From: an uncultured virus (IMG/VR IMGVR_UViG_3300045256_000415)
Taxonomy: Duplodnaviria > Heunggongvirae > Uroviricota > Caudoviricetes
Strand: one strand, 5' to 3'
IMG/VR virus record: IMGVR_UViG_3300045256_000415
Length of the DNA: 64,000 nucleotides
The stretch's first letter is position 1; each line of letters begins with the position of its first letter. A model generated the notes under the pieces. The model saw only the letters and a program-made list of their open reading frames with translations. It was not told the origin of the DNA and ran no database searches. Both the position numbers and the translations under genes were made by a program. Positions 41,923-49,959 of the stretch are shown one piece after another.

Positions 41923-42634
41923 ATCGCCTGACTAACTCCGTGTAGACGGTCCCGTCCGTGAACTTGTCGTAGTCGGGGCCGGTGTAATTGTAAAGGTGGA
42001 CGGTGTAAGCCCACTCTGGGATTTTTAAAGTCGGATCGGTATAGATACGAACCACATCCTGGAAGCCGAAAGGTATGAATATATTGGCTGGTGCCTTAAA
42101 GAAATCAAGGCCATAGTCGAAAATCGTCCTCGTGAAAACCACAGTTCCCCAAATCCCAAAGTCGGGGTAGTCACCGGTCAGTGCCTGGTCTTTGATCTTC
42201 TTGATGATATCCTGTAGGAACGCTGCCCCTTTAGGGGCTTTGAACGCTCCGTTGATGATGTGACAGGGGAGGTCCGCAAGTTGTGGCCGCTGGCGAACCC
42301 CGTCGATCGAGCAAAAGACGTAAGGTGCGTCGAAAACAAGAGGCCGGACACAGATACAGTCCAGGTCCATCCACCAGCCACCATATTTGTGGATTAACTC
42401 ATAGCGGAAATAATTGGCGAAGGTTTGTAGCCGATGAGGGCGGTCCGGCCAGCGGTCCAGAACGGACTTTGGGACGATCTCGTTAGCGTCGGCGAGGATG
42501 GTGCCGTTTGGTACCTCTTGTGGTTCGTAGGCCCACAGTCGGTAGGGGTGGCCGTTGGACAGAAATGAGTTGATACTGAGTCTCTGGGTCGGTCCGATGC
42601 GGCCGACCCAGAGGCCGTTGATGATGTCCATCAC
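41867..42634 (-). CDS. GT32-like (alpha-1,4-type) glycosyltransferase
   Basis: LSINSFL.NGH...DANEIVP...FANYFRY.LI.KYGGWWMDLD. Confidence 0.85.
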   Translation of the reverse strand: MMDIINGLWVGRIGPTQRLSINSFLSNGHPYRLWAYEPQEVPNGTILADANEIVPKSVLDRWPDRPHRLQTFANYFRYELIHKYGGWWMDLDCICVRPLVFDAPYVFCSIDGVRQRPQLADLPCHIINGAFKAPKGAAFLQDIIKKIKDQALTGDYPDFGIWGTVVFTRTIFDYGLDFFKAPANIFIPFGFQDVVRIYTDPTLKIPEWAYTVHLYNYTGPDYDKFTDGTVYTELVRRYGEVDLSRAVPHGLPLFG

Positions 42635-43518
42635 GTCTGTTGGAGAACAGGGGCATCAGGACGGGTTACGATGGCGTCCACGAAGTGCACCGCCATGATC
42701 TGCAGGAGTTGTTCCTTGGTGACGGGCTTCTCCTTGAAGTTCCGTGCAATGATCGTGGACGTGATGAAGTCGTCCGTGAAGAACTGGTCAGGGGCGATGG
42801 TGTGTCGAGTGATCTGACCGACGACTTGGAGCCCAGCATCCTTGAGGTTGGCCTGCGGATACGTCTGGATGGTTGGCTCGGAGACACCACCCAGACTGGC
42901 GAGGACTTCCTGGTCGAACAGCAAGTGGGCGTACGCCTTGTTGAGGGTCTGGTACAGGTGAGTGCCGTGCGGCGAGGTGATCGGGTGGAACCGGATGTAC
43001 AGCCGGGTGCTGGCAGACATCATGGTTGCGATCTGCTTCAGGAACTCGACCGGCGTGGTCCCTACGAGGTGATCCATCACGTCGTACAGCAGGATGATGT
43101 CATATGGGCCGTTGGCCGCGACTTCCTGTAGGTTGGTGGTGAACTTCACGCCTGGGAATTTGGTCCAAGCGTCGTTGCTGGCGATGTCGTAGCCGACGCT
43201 GACCGCGGCTCCGGACCGCTGGATTTCGGCGGTGGTGTAGCCCTCGCCGCACCCGAAGTCCAGAACCCGCTTATCGGCTATGGGCTGCTTGATGAAGGTG
43301 GAGACGATGCTGGACGCCCTGATTTTCTTGGTGGGCTCGTCCTTGACGATCATCGTTTCGGGGACGGCTACCGGCCACAGGGTGGTCTTAAGCACGTCCA
43401 GGAGGAGTTCCTGACTGCTTGGGATGGTGGCGGTGGCGTTCGCCTTCGGGTACTTGCTCAGGATCTGTCCGAGGGCCGCTAGACCATCGGGTGTGTTGGC
43501 TCGCAATTGCATAATCAT
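42631..43518 (-). CDS. class I SAM-dependent methyltransferase
   Basis: VLDFGCGEG, YDIILLYDVMDHL; paralogue of 9280..10263. Confidence 0.88.
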   Translation of the reverse strand: MIMQLRANTPDGLAALGQILSKYPKANATATIPSSQELLLDVLKTTLWPVAVPETMIVKDEPTKKIRASSIVSTFIKQPIADKRVLDFGCGEGYTTAEIQRSGAAVSVGYDIASNDAWTKFPGVKFTTNLQEVAANGPYDIILLYDVMDHLVGTTPVEFLKQIATMMSASTRLYIRFHPITSPHGTHLYQTLNKAYAHLLFDQEVLASLGGVSEPTIQTYPQANLKDAGLQVVGQITRHTIAPDQFFTDDFITSTIIARNFKEKPVTKEQLLQIMAVHFVDAIVTRPDAPVLQQT

Positions 43519-43579
43519 TTCCTGTTGTGGTCATGATATGTTTGAATCACATCTGCGGTGAGCGACTAAGGAGCACGTC

Positions 43580-43870
43580 ATGGTTGTCCACGTTCCGGTT
43601 GAGGATCGTTCACCTCTAGGGCGATCCAACCACACGATCACCCCCATAGGGACACCGTTCGAATTCCTTAGGATTTCGTCTCCACCATTTAAACGTCGGT
43701 CTGTGTCCGGTATCTACTACGAGTGCGAGTGTGCGTGTGGTACATCCACGGTTGTGCGTGCGAAGAGTCTTGGGCCACATGGTGTGAAACCATGCGGTTG
43801 CCACAGACTTAAAATAATGAGAGAGAACGGAGAAAAAAGCAAAGGACGGAAATTGAGAACTCAACCACGC
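43580..43870 (+). pseudogene. N-terminal remnant of a homing endonuclease
   Basis: CECACG...L......PCGC motif typical of AP2/HNH endonuclease N-termini; no nuclease domain follows. Confidence 0.55.
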
Positions 43871-43888
43871 ACATGTCTCGGGACTTCA

Positions 43889-44677
43889 TTAAAGCCATCC
43901 GCCTTTGCGGGCCACCACCACATCCGGGCCAGCGAGGGCGATTTTGGATTCGCACCACTCGCCATATCGGATAGGTTCGCGGAGCATTAGGTTGCTCTTG
44001 ATGAAAACCCGCCGCACCCCCTCTTCGGGGTGGGCGACGTTGAATAGGGGCCGGGTTTCGAAATCGTGCCAAGATTCCGGTGTGCGATGCAGAAACTGGT
44101 ACGGTGGCTTGGTTCGGCGGTCGATGAACTCCATCGACTGCCGATTGAGTAGTAGGATGGTGCCTAGGAAGATCCCTCTAGGCTTGAGGACTCGTGAGAT
44201 CTGCCGCACGTACTGGAAGATCCAGTTGGTGTGGAAGTGGTTGAAGACGGCGATGGCCGTCACCACGTCGAAACTGCGGGACTCGTAGGGGAATTCGAAA
44301 GTAGCAGGGTCGATCTTCCCCTCTGGGTTGTACTCGTCGTGCTGGATGTCCACTTGTTTGAAGTGGAAATTGGGCTTGGTATAGGTCTGCCGGCAGTAGT
44401 CGATAAAATGTGGGTGGACGTCGAACCCGTGATAGTCCCCGGCAAGGAAGTCTTGCAGGGGATGGGCCAAACGTCCGGTCCCACACCCGATATCGAGTAG
44501 GCGTGAATTCTGGTGAAGCCCAGCCTGCTCGATCAACAGCCGGTGGAACTGTTTGCCGATCCTCTGGTAGTGCGGGCTGTAGGGATTTAGTCCACCCAGC
44601 GGCTTTTTTTCGGCGGCGGAGATACGCAGATCACACAATCTGGGAGCGGTTGGCTTCGTCGGGTTCGAATTTTCCAT
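43889..44677 (-). CDS. class I SAM-dependent methyltransferase
   Basis: LLDIGCGTGRLA...Y.GFD...YNP.G...FD...AVFNH...RVLKP.G. Confidence 0.9.
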   Translation of the reverse strand: MENSNPTKPTAPRLCDLRISAAEKKPLGGLNPYSPHYQRIGKQFHRLLIEQAGLHQNSRLLDIGCGTGRLAHPLQDFLAGDYHGFDVHPHFIDYCRQTYTKPNFHFKQVDIQHDEYNPEGKIDPATFEFPYESRSFDVVTAIAVFNHFHTNWIFQYVRQISRVLKPRGIFLGTILLLNRQSMEFIDRRTKPPYQFLHRTPESWHDFETRPLFNVAHPEEGVRRVFIKSNLMLREPIRYGEWCESKIALAGPDVVVARKGGWL

Positions 44678-44703
44678 AGTACACTGAACCCAGGAGTCAA
44701 CCG

Positions 44704-45025
44704 ATGCTTTATGCTGATCCGGCGAAACGCCGCCAACTAACATTGAACCACTACTACGCCAACAAGAAGGTCTACCAACCTAGAAGCGATGCGTGCCGCA
44801 AAAGGGCACATTATCGCCATCAAGAAACGATCGGCGTGTCTCCGCTGTGGTGAATCGCATCTGGCGACTCTTGACTTCCATCATCGTGATCCGGCTGAGA
44901 AAGAGATCTCGGCGAATCACATGATTAAAAGCCGGTTGGCACCCGCTGAGATCGACAAAGAACTCGCGAAGTGCGATGTTCTTTGTGCAAACTGCCACAG
45001 GAAAGAGCATTGGCCCGGTGAATAG
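44704..45025 (+). pseudogene. HNH endonuclease, N-terminus apparently frameshifted
   Basis: CLRCGE...LDFHHRDP..KE...KCDVLCANCHR; MLYADP...YYANK leader is in another frame. Confidence 0.7.
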
Positions 45026-45042
45026 CCCAGATCGGCGAGGGC

Positions 45043-45414
45043 TTACGCCTGTTGCCGCTGGAGCTTCCGCGACCGGATGCTCACCCATTCGCCGTCTCGT
45101 AGCTCCTTGAGTTCGACACTGGCCTTGTGGGACTCGACTTCTTGGAGGAACTGCTTGTTCAGTTCCGCCATTGAACCTTCCCGCATCTTCCGGCCGCTAA
45201 CGAACAAGGCCACAACCCGCTCATGGTCGGCCTTCAGCGGCGGGTCGAGCTTGACGGTCTTCAGGGCGTCCTTGATGACACTGCCGTCCGCCAAGGCCGT
45301 CGGATCGCGGGCGACCGCTTCCGCTGACACCATGGTGTCGCTGGCAGCCTTGAGTAGCCGGAAGAACTTGTCGCGTACTTTATCGTCAGGGAACGTGAAA
45401 AGTGCAGTTTTCAT
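45043..45414 (-). CDS. hypothetical protein
   Basis: MKTALF...; the upstream extension in the ORF track is antisense to an HNH pseudogene. Confidence 0.7.
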   Translation of the reverse strand: MKTALFTFPDDKVRDKFFRLLKAASDTMVSAEAVARDPTALADGSVIKDALKTVKLDPPLKADHERVVALFVSGRKMREGSMAELNKQFLQEVESHKASVELKELRDGEWVSIRSRKLQRQQA

Positions 45415-45468
45415 GTCTTTGCTCAAACGTAATGAGGGGGTCTTTGTTACAGGGGGCGGAGGTAGCCG

Positions 45469-45819
45469 ATGTCTTATATACACTGTGGCCGTTGCGAGCA
45501 AGACAAGCACGAAGATTAGTTCCCCAACTGTCAACGCAACAAATCTGGCAAGTATAGTTGCTGCAAGGCATGCAAGAAGACCGACGACGCCAACCGCCGC
45601 CAGCAACGGAAGCGAGAGTACATGACCCATTATTGTAATGGCGAGCTTCGTTGCGTGTGCTGTGGGAACCCTCATCTCGATTTCCTCACCATCGATCATG
45701 TCAATTTCAAGCAGAATCCGTGCTCATGGTTAATCCGGCACGGTTATCCTACCGGCTACCGAGTTCTCTACTTTAACCGCAACTGTGCAATCGGTGCTCG
45801 CGGTTGCTGTCCGCACTAG
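45469..45819 (+). pseudogene. decayed HNH endonuclease
   Basis: MSYIHCGRC..K..*F...CKAC...CVCCG...FLTIDH...WL...YP.GYRVLYFNRN; TAG at 45517-19, CxxC eroded. Confidence 0.8.
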
Positions 45820-45860
45820 GATGAGAGAGTAGCTAAGGAAACCACCTAGGAGGTCCCCTC

Positions 45861-46247
45861 ATGCACAGGGCACAACGGATCGAGCGGAATAAGCCGAAAA
45901 CGGCTCCCCAGATCATCGACACTCGCCAGCTTAAGGTTATCCCCCAACCGGCAGCGGTGGATCCAGCGATCGCCAACCTCCCACTCCGCACCGTTCTATT
46001 ACTCGAAGTCGGGGATATGGAGCCGGCCAAGGTCCAACTCCTCGTACAGGAAGCCAACAAGATGTACGACGGTGCTAAGGGCGGCATCCACTATGTGCTG
46101 CCGGTGAGACATGGTCGGATCGGCACTGACGTGGTCTTCGAGGGTGAGTGGGAGAAGATCGTACAGGAGACATGTGAGATTAGGGACGGCCAGATTCGCC
46201 TGAAAGACGGAGCGGCCGAATGCTATGTTGTCCGGCAGAGGCTGTGA
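45861..46247 (+). CDS. hypothetical protein
   Basis: AGGAGG SD, 128 aa. Confidence 0.7.
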   Translation: MHRAQRIERNKPKTAPQIIDTRQLKVIPQPAAVDPAIANLPLRTVLLLEVGDMEPAKVQLLVQEANKMYDGAKGGIHYVLPVRHGRIGTDVVFEGEWEKIVQETCEIRDGQIRLKDGAAECYVVRQRL

Positions 46248-46293
46248 TGGACGAGCGGGTCTGTAAACGAATCGAACTCAATCCGAGGTAACC

Positions 46294-46605
46294 ATGGCAG
46301 CCAAAGGTATCGCCACCGGCATCAATCACTTGCTACGACAGCAGAAAGCCACTGTCAAGGCGTCCGAGCAACTGTCCAAGCAATGGAAAGAAATCCGCAA
46401 CCGCATCGACGCAGCGCTGATGTCCAACAACGTGCTCAAGACCACAGAAACCCGCCAGAAGTGCCTGGAACTGGACGGGATGAACCACAACGCTCGCATT
46501 CAGCACATCACCCAGCATTGGGGACCGCTCTACCTGGGTCGAGTACAGACGCTCCTCGATCAGTTACGCACGATCGAGGAGCAACTACTCAAGCACAGCG
46601 GTTAG
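46294..46605 (+). CDS. hypothetical protein
   Basis: GAGG SD, 103 aa helical. Confidence 0.7.
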   Translation: MAAKGIATGINHLLRQQKATVKASEQLSKQWKEIRNRIDAALMSNNVLKTTETRQKCLELDGMNHNARIQHITQHWGPLYLGRVQTLLDQLRTIEEQLLKHSG

Positions 46606-47552
46606 TCAGGCGAGATGAACCGGAGCGAGTTCTGCTCCGCGATGTGCCGCATCTGCAGTAGGTTAGCCTCAGTGAACCCCACGCTCGGAGCGATTTCGAA
46701 CTCCCGGTCCAGTGACGTCGAACACTGGACGGGATCGTCACTACCAAGCGTGCACTTCAACCCGATCCCCAGCATCACTACACCAGGATGGGTCTGATTC
46801 AACGGCCAAACGCCGGTGATGTCGTTGCTGGTGATCGCCAGATCGAAAGTGACACCACGATCCTTCGCGATAGCCACCGTCTGAGGGTCATGGATAATCT
46901 TGAAACCGTGAGCCACGTTGGTCAGGTTCAGCTTGAGAAGAGCCTCTCTGATGTTCTCCTTGCCCTGGCTTTCGCCGACGTGGGCACGGGTGATCTTACC
47001 AGCCGCGTTCCAGTCCCGGAACAACGGGGCGTAGAAGTCGGCGTCGAAGTGGCTCTCGTCGCCAACCAGATCCAGGCCGATCAGGTGTTTTGCAACGAGT
47101 TCGTTCTCGATGAGTTTGGCGTACTGCCGCTGGCTAGCCACCATGCTCTCGTACTTGAGCGATAAGATGAGCCCGACGCCGCCCGGACGATAACGCTGGA
47201 AAGCTTCGGCGATGAACTTGATGACCTCGTGTTTGTGCCAACCAATCTTCATGTACTTGTTGATGGAGAAGCTCATCCAAGCATAGTCGATCTTTTGGGC
47301 GGCGAGGTAGTTACTGACGGCCCGAATGGAATTGTCGATGATTTGTGGGGTCCAGACGATTTCGTCTAGGATTCGGAACTTGTCGAGGAAGCGGTGGAAG
47401 GTCCTCTTTTCACCTTCGCAGAAGGTCATCTGGCAGCGGACTTCCTCCTTCGTTTCAGCGAGGTGCTTGAGGCCGTAGTTCTGGATCGTCTCCCAGACAA
47501 ACTCAATCGGCACCACACCACCAAGGTGCAAATGAGGATCAATTTTCAGCAT
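46602..47552 (-). CDS. add: adenosine deaminase family protein
   Basis: HLHLGG, GLDLVGDE, AHVGE, AHG, GSDDP motifs. Confidence 0.9.
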   Translation of the reverse strand: MLKIDPHLHLGGVVPIEFVWETIQNYGLKHLAETKEEVRCQMTFCEGEKRTFHRFLDKFRILDEIVWTPQIIDNSIRAVSNYLAAQKIDYAWMSFSINKYMKIGWHKHEVIKFIAEAFQRYRPGGVGLILSLKYESMVASQRQYAKLIENELVAKHLIGLDLVGDESHFDADFYAPLFRDWNAAGKITRAHVGESQGKENIREALLKLNLTNVAHGFKIIHDPQTVAIAKDRGVTFDLAITSNDITGVWPLNQTHPGVVMLGIGLKCTLGSDDPVQCSTSLDREFEIAPSVGFTEANLLQMRHIAEQNSLRFISPD

Positions 47553-47967
47553 GTTGTACTCTCTTCCTTTTGTCAACTTTATCCCTCGACAGAACCCAAG
47601 AAGGGTCGGCCCGAATGGTGTCCAGTAGATAACACGTGAGCCGCCGGAGTTCTGTCGGTGCAAGTAGTTTCGCCAGAGCAAGTTGCAAACACAAGTGCAA
47701 CTTACCGTACTCGGCATTTCCGTCTAACAGCAGTAAATTGGATGCGGCATTGTTGAACAGGTTGAGATCGATGTGGTGAACTATCTCATGTGGTTCGAGA
47801 TATCTGCCCAACTCACGCTATATTATCAACCGGTGCTCGTAGACGTATCCCTGGCAGTCCTTGTGAGAATGGTCTGGTGTTGGGATTAACACTCCGCTGA
47901 TGGCCCCACTCTTGACCTCGATTTTACGACCTTCCTAATAGTTCTTGAGTGACACCGCCATGGACAT
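47539..47967 (-). pseudogene. decayed HNH (HNH_3-type) homing endonuclease
   Basis: GYVYEHRLI then a frameshift to LGRYL...EIVHHID....NN..SNL; in-frame TAG near the 5' end. Confidence 0.75.
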
Positions 47968-48052
47968 ATTCGTCCATAGCAGCCTACTTTATTTCGCTGG
48001 GGACTTTGGCGAATTTCGGCTTAACCTGCATAGACATCTCGGCTTCTCCTTT

Positions 48053-48382
48053 TCAGGAGGCTTGCTCCGAAATGCTTGTGTTGCTTTGCTTGTCAGGATA
48101 CGTCTTGAACCAGTCAGATATCTTATCAGCCCATTCTCGCAATGAGTCTGGGGGGATCAAATAATCGAGTGGTAAGCCAGGAGCGACTAGATTAGGCTTG
48201 ATCTCGAAGTCGCACGCCAGGAACTTGGTTGGACCTTCCGGGCTCTGAGCGTGACGGAGGCCCAGGCTGAGAACTTTGCCGGGTACGAATGGGTCTGGTG
48301 GTGTGCTGTCCAGGAATTCTAGGACGATCCAGAATGGAACGTAAGCGAGGTCACCAGGTTTAAGTGAAATCGTAGAATTCAT
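48053..48382 (-). CDS. hypothetical protein
   Basis: 109 aa, overlaps the upstream gene. Confidence 0.55.
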   Translation of the reverse strand: MNSTISLKPGDLAYVPFWIVLEFLDSTPPDPFVPGKVLSLGLRHAQSPEGPTKFLACDFEIKPNLVAPGLPLDYLIPPDSLREWADKISDWFKTYPDKQSNTSISEQAS

Positions 48383-48713
48383 TGATAGCCGTCAGAGATA
48401 CTGCCGCCTTTAACTGGTCACACAGCTTATATAGTGGGCTGGTGGGCTCAGGCATGTCGCAGACATCGAGCACCTGACTGACCATGATCTCGTCGATCCC
48501 ACGGGGTAACTCGTAGCCACTCTCAGATGATAGGAGTAGACCGGCCTTGGCTAGACGTGGGAGGATTTTCTGAACATAGGTGAGAGAAGCATCTACCCGG
48601 CCACCCTTCATTACTAGTTCGTAGATCGTCTTGGAATCGTGCTTACCAGGGGTCTTATGAAAGGCCCGCAGGATCTCTAGCGTGTATTCCAAGCCCCTCG
48701 TCTCTTTGAACAC
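48360..48713 (-). CDS. Rrf2-like winged-helix regulator
   Basis: YVQKILPRLAKAGLL.S..GYEL.R..DEI.V. Confidence 0.75.
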   Translation of the reverse strand: MFKETRGLEYTLEILRAFHKTPGKHDSKTIYELVMKGGRVDASLTYVQKILPRLAKAGLLLSSESGYELPRGIDEIMVSQVLDVCDMPEPTSPLYKLCDQLKAAVSLTAINEFYDFT

Positions 48714-48745
48714 GTTAAGTTACCCGATCGAGGAGCCAAAGCGGT

Positions 48746-49177
48746 TCATGCCACACGGTCGATCAGTTTGAGGACGTTGTGATAAAGTTTCAACGCTCTC
48801 ATGTCTTTGCGTGAGAAGAACCCTAAAGCACTAAACTCGTGGTTATTGTTGAATTTCTGACCACTCTTGGCCTTGCAGTGGACGAAGGCAACATCGGGTT
48901 TGGCGGGCAGGCGGAATGCTGTGCCGACCGCCCTACAGCGGATGCCCGTCTCTTCCCAGACTTCCCGGACGGCGGCTTTCTCGGCGGTTTCGCCCCGCTT
49001 GACACCGCCGCCTGGGAAGACCCAACGATTTGATCTATCATCTTTAGCTGTAGAAAGTCCTAACAACCATCGATCGCCACATTGGACGATTCCAACAGCG
49101 GCCTTGAGGTTACTGTCAAACGCCTCACAAAGGATCAGATCCAATCGAGCGGCGAAATTCTGGCCTGATATTATCAT
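48746..49177 (-). CDS. NUDIX hydrolase
   Basis: WVFPGGGVKRGETAEKAAVREVWEETGI. Confidence 0.9.
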   Translation of the reverse strand: MIISGQNFAARLDLILCEAFDSNLKAAVGIVQCGDRWLLGLSTAKDDRSNRWVFPGGGVKRGETAEKAAVREVWEETGIRCRAVGTAFRLPAKPDVAFVHCKAKSGQKFNNNHEFSALGFFSRKDMRALKLYHNVLKLIDRVA

Positions 49178-49835
49178 AGTGTTGGCGTCGATGACAGTTC
49201 GCACAGATTACCTCACATTTTTGAATTTCGACGGCTACGGCTTCCATGGTATACCTTAGGTCACTGATGTTGAATGATTTTGTGGCTGGATCGCGGTGGT
49301 GAAATTCAAGAACAAGTGGGTCTGAAATCCCGCATCGACATGGGTTGGCTGTCTTATACAAGTGTATATATTTAGACACTGCTTGGAATCTGACTTGGGT
49401 GGTTTTGCGAGAGTATGAAGCATCCACTACTCGGTGGCAGTTGGCACATAAAAGGTCGCATTTTGCCATTTCTGTCAGCAGTCTACCCATACCCCAACCG
49501 TGTTTAGCAGCTTTCCCGATCGATAAATCTTTGGATTTTGGATCACGATGGTGAAATTCAAGAACTTTGTGATCATTTATCCCACAACGTACGCACTCTC
49601 TTTGCTTCTTCCATTCCTCCACGAACATTACTATCGCGGTCCTTCGGTCTTTAACCTTCTGTTTCTTGCGTTCGACATTTTCTAAATAGTATATAGCATT
49701 GGTGCGTTTATCTTTAACGCGTGAGCATTCCTTACACTCCGGGTGAAACCCGGCTTTCTGACTCTTGCTTCTATAGAAATTTGTGTTGTCTAATGTTTTT
49801 TCGATTTTACAGATAGAGCAGGTTCGATTATTCAT
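49125..49835 (-). CDS. tandem-HNH endonuclease
   Basis: N-terminal CSIC/CKEC; two copies of LEFHHRDP..K...KC..(L/I)CANCHR; AT-rich. Confidence 0.88.
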   Translation of the reverse strand: MNNRTCSICKIEKTLDNTNFYRSKSQKAGFHPECKECSRVKDKRTNAIYYLENVERKKQKVKDRRTAIVMFVEEWKKQRECVRCGINDHKVLEFHHRDPKSKDLSIGKAAKHGWGMGRLLTEMAKCDLLCANCHRVVDASYSRKTTQVRFQAVSKYIHLYKTANPCRCGISDPLVLEFHHRDPATKSFNISDLRYTMEAVAVEIQKCEVICANCHRRQHYDNIRPEFRRSIGSDPL

Positions 49836-49959
49836 TTTGTCTCCAGGGAAACACGACGCAATAGATTTGACCAGCTACATAAAGGATCAAATATAGCTTG
49901 GCGGTCCCCGGAGTGGTCACCAACGGCAGCATTACCAAGTTGCCCGGAGAGTCATAATC

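Noticed and set aside
45415..45699. Apparent transmembrane N-terminus of ORF 45043..45699
   Set aside because: It is the antisense reading of the HNH pseudogene at 45469-45819
47553..47717. N-terminal extension of adenosine deaminase in the track
   Set aside because: It overlaps the HNH remnant; the HxH motif follows directly after ATG 47552, which has a GGAAGAG SD-like sequence
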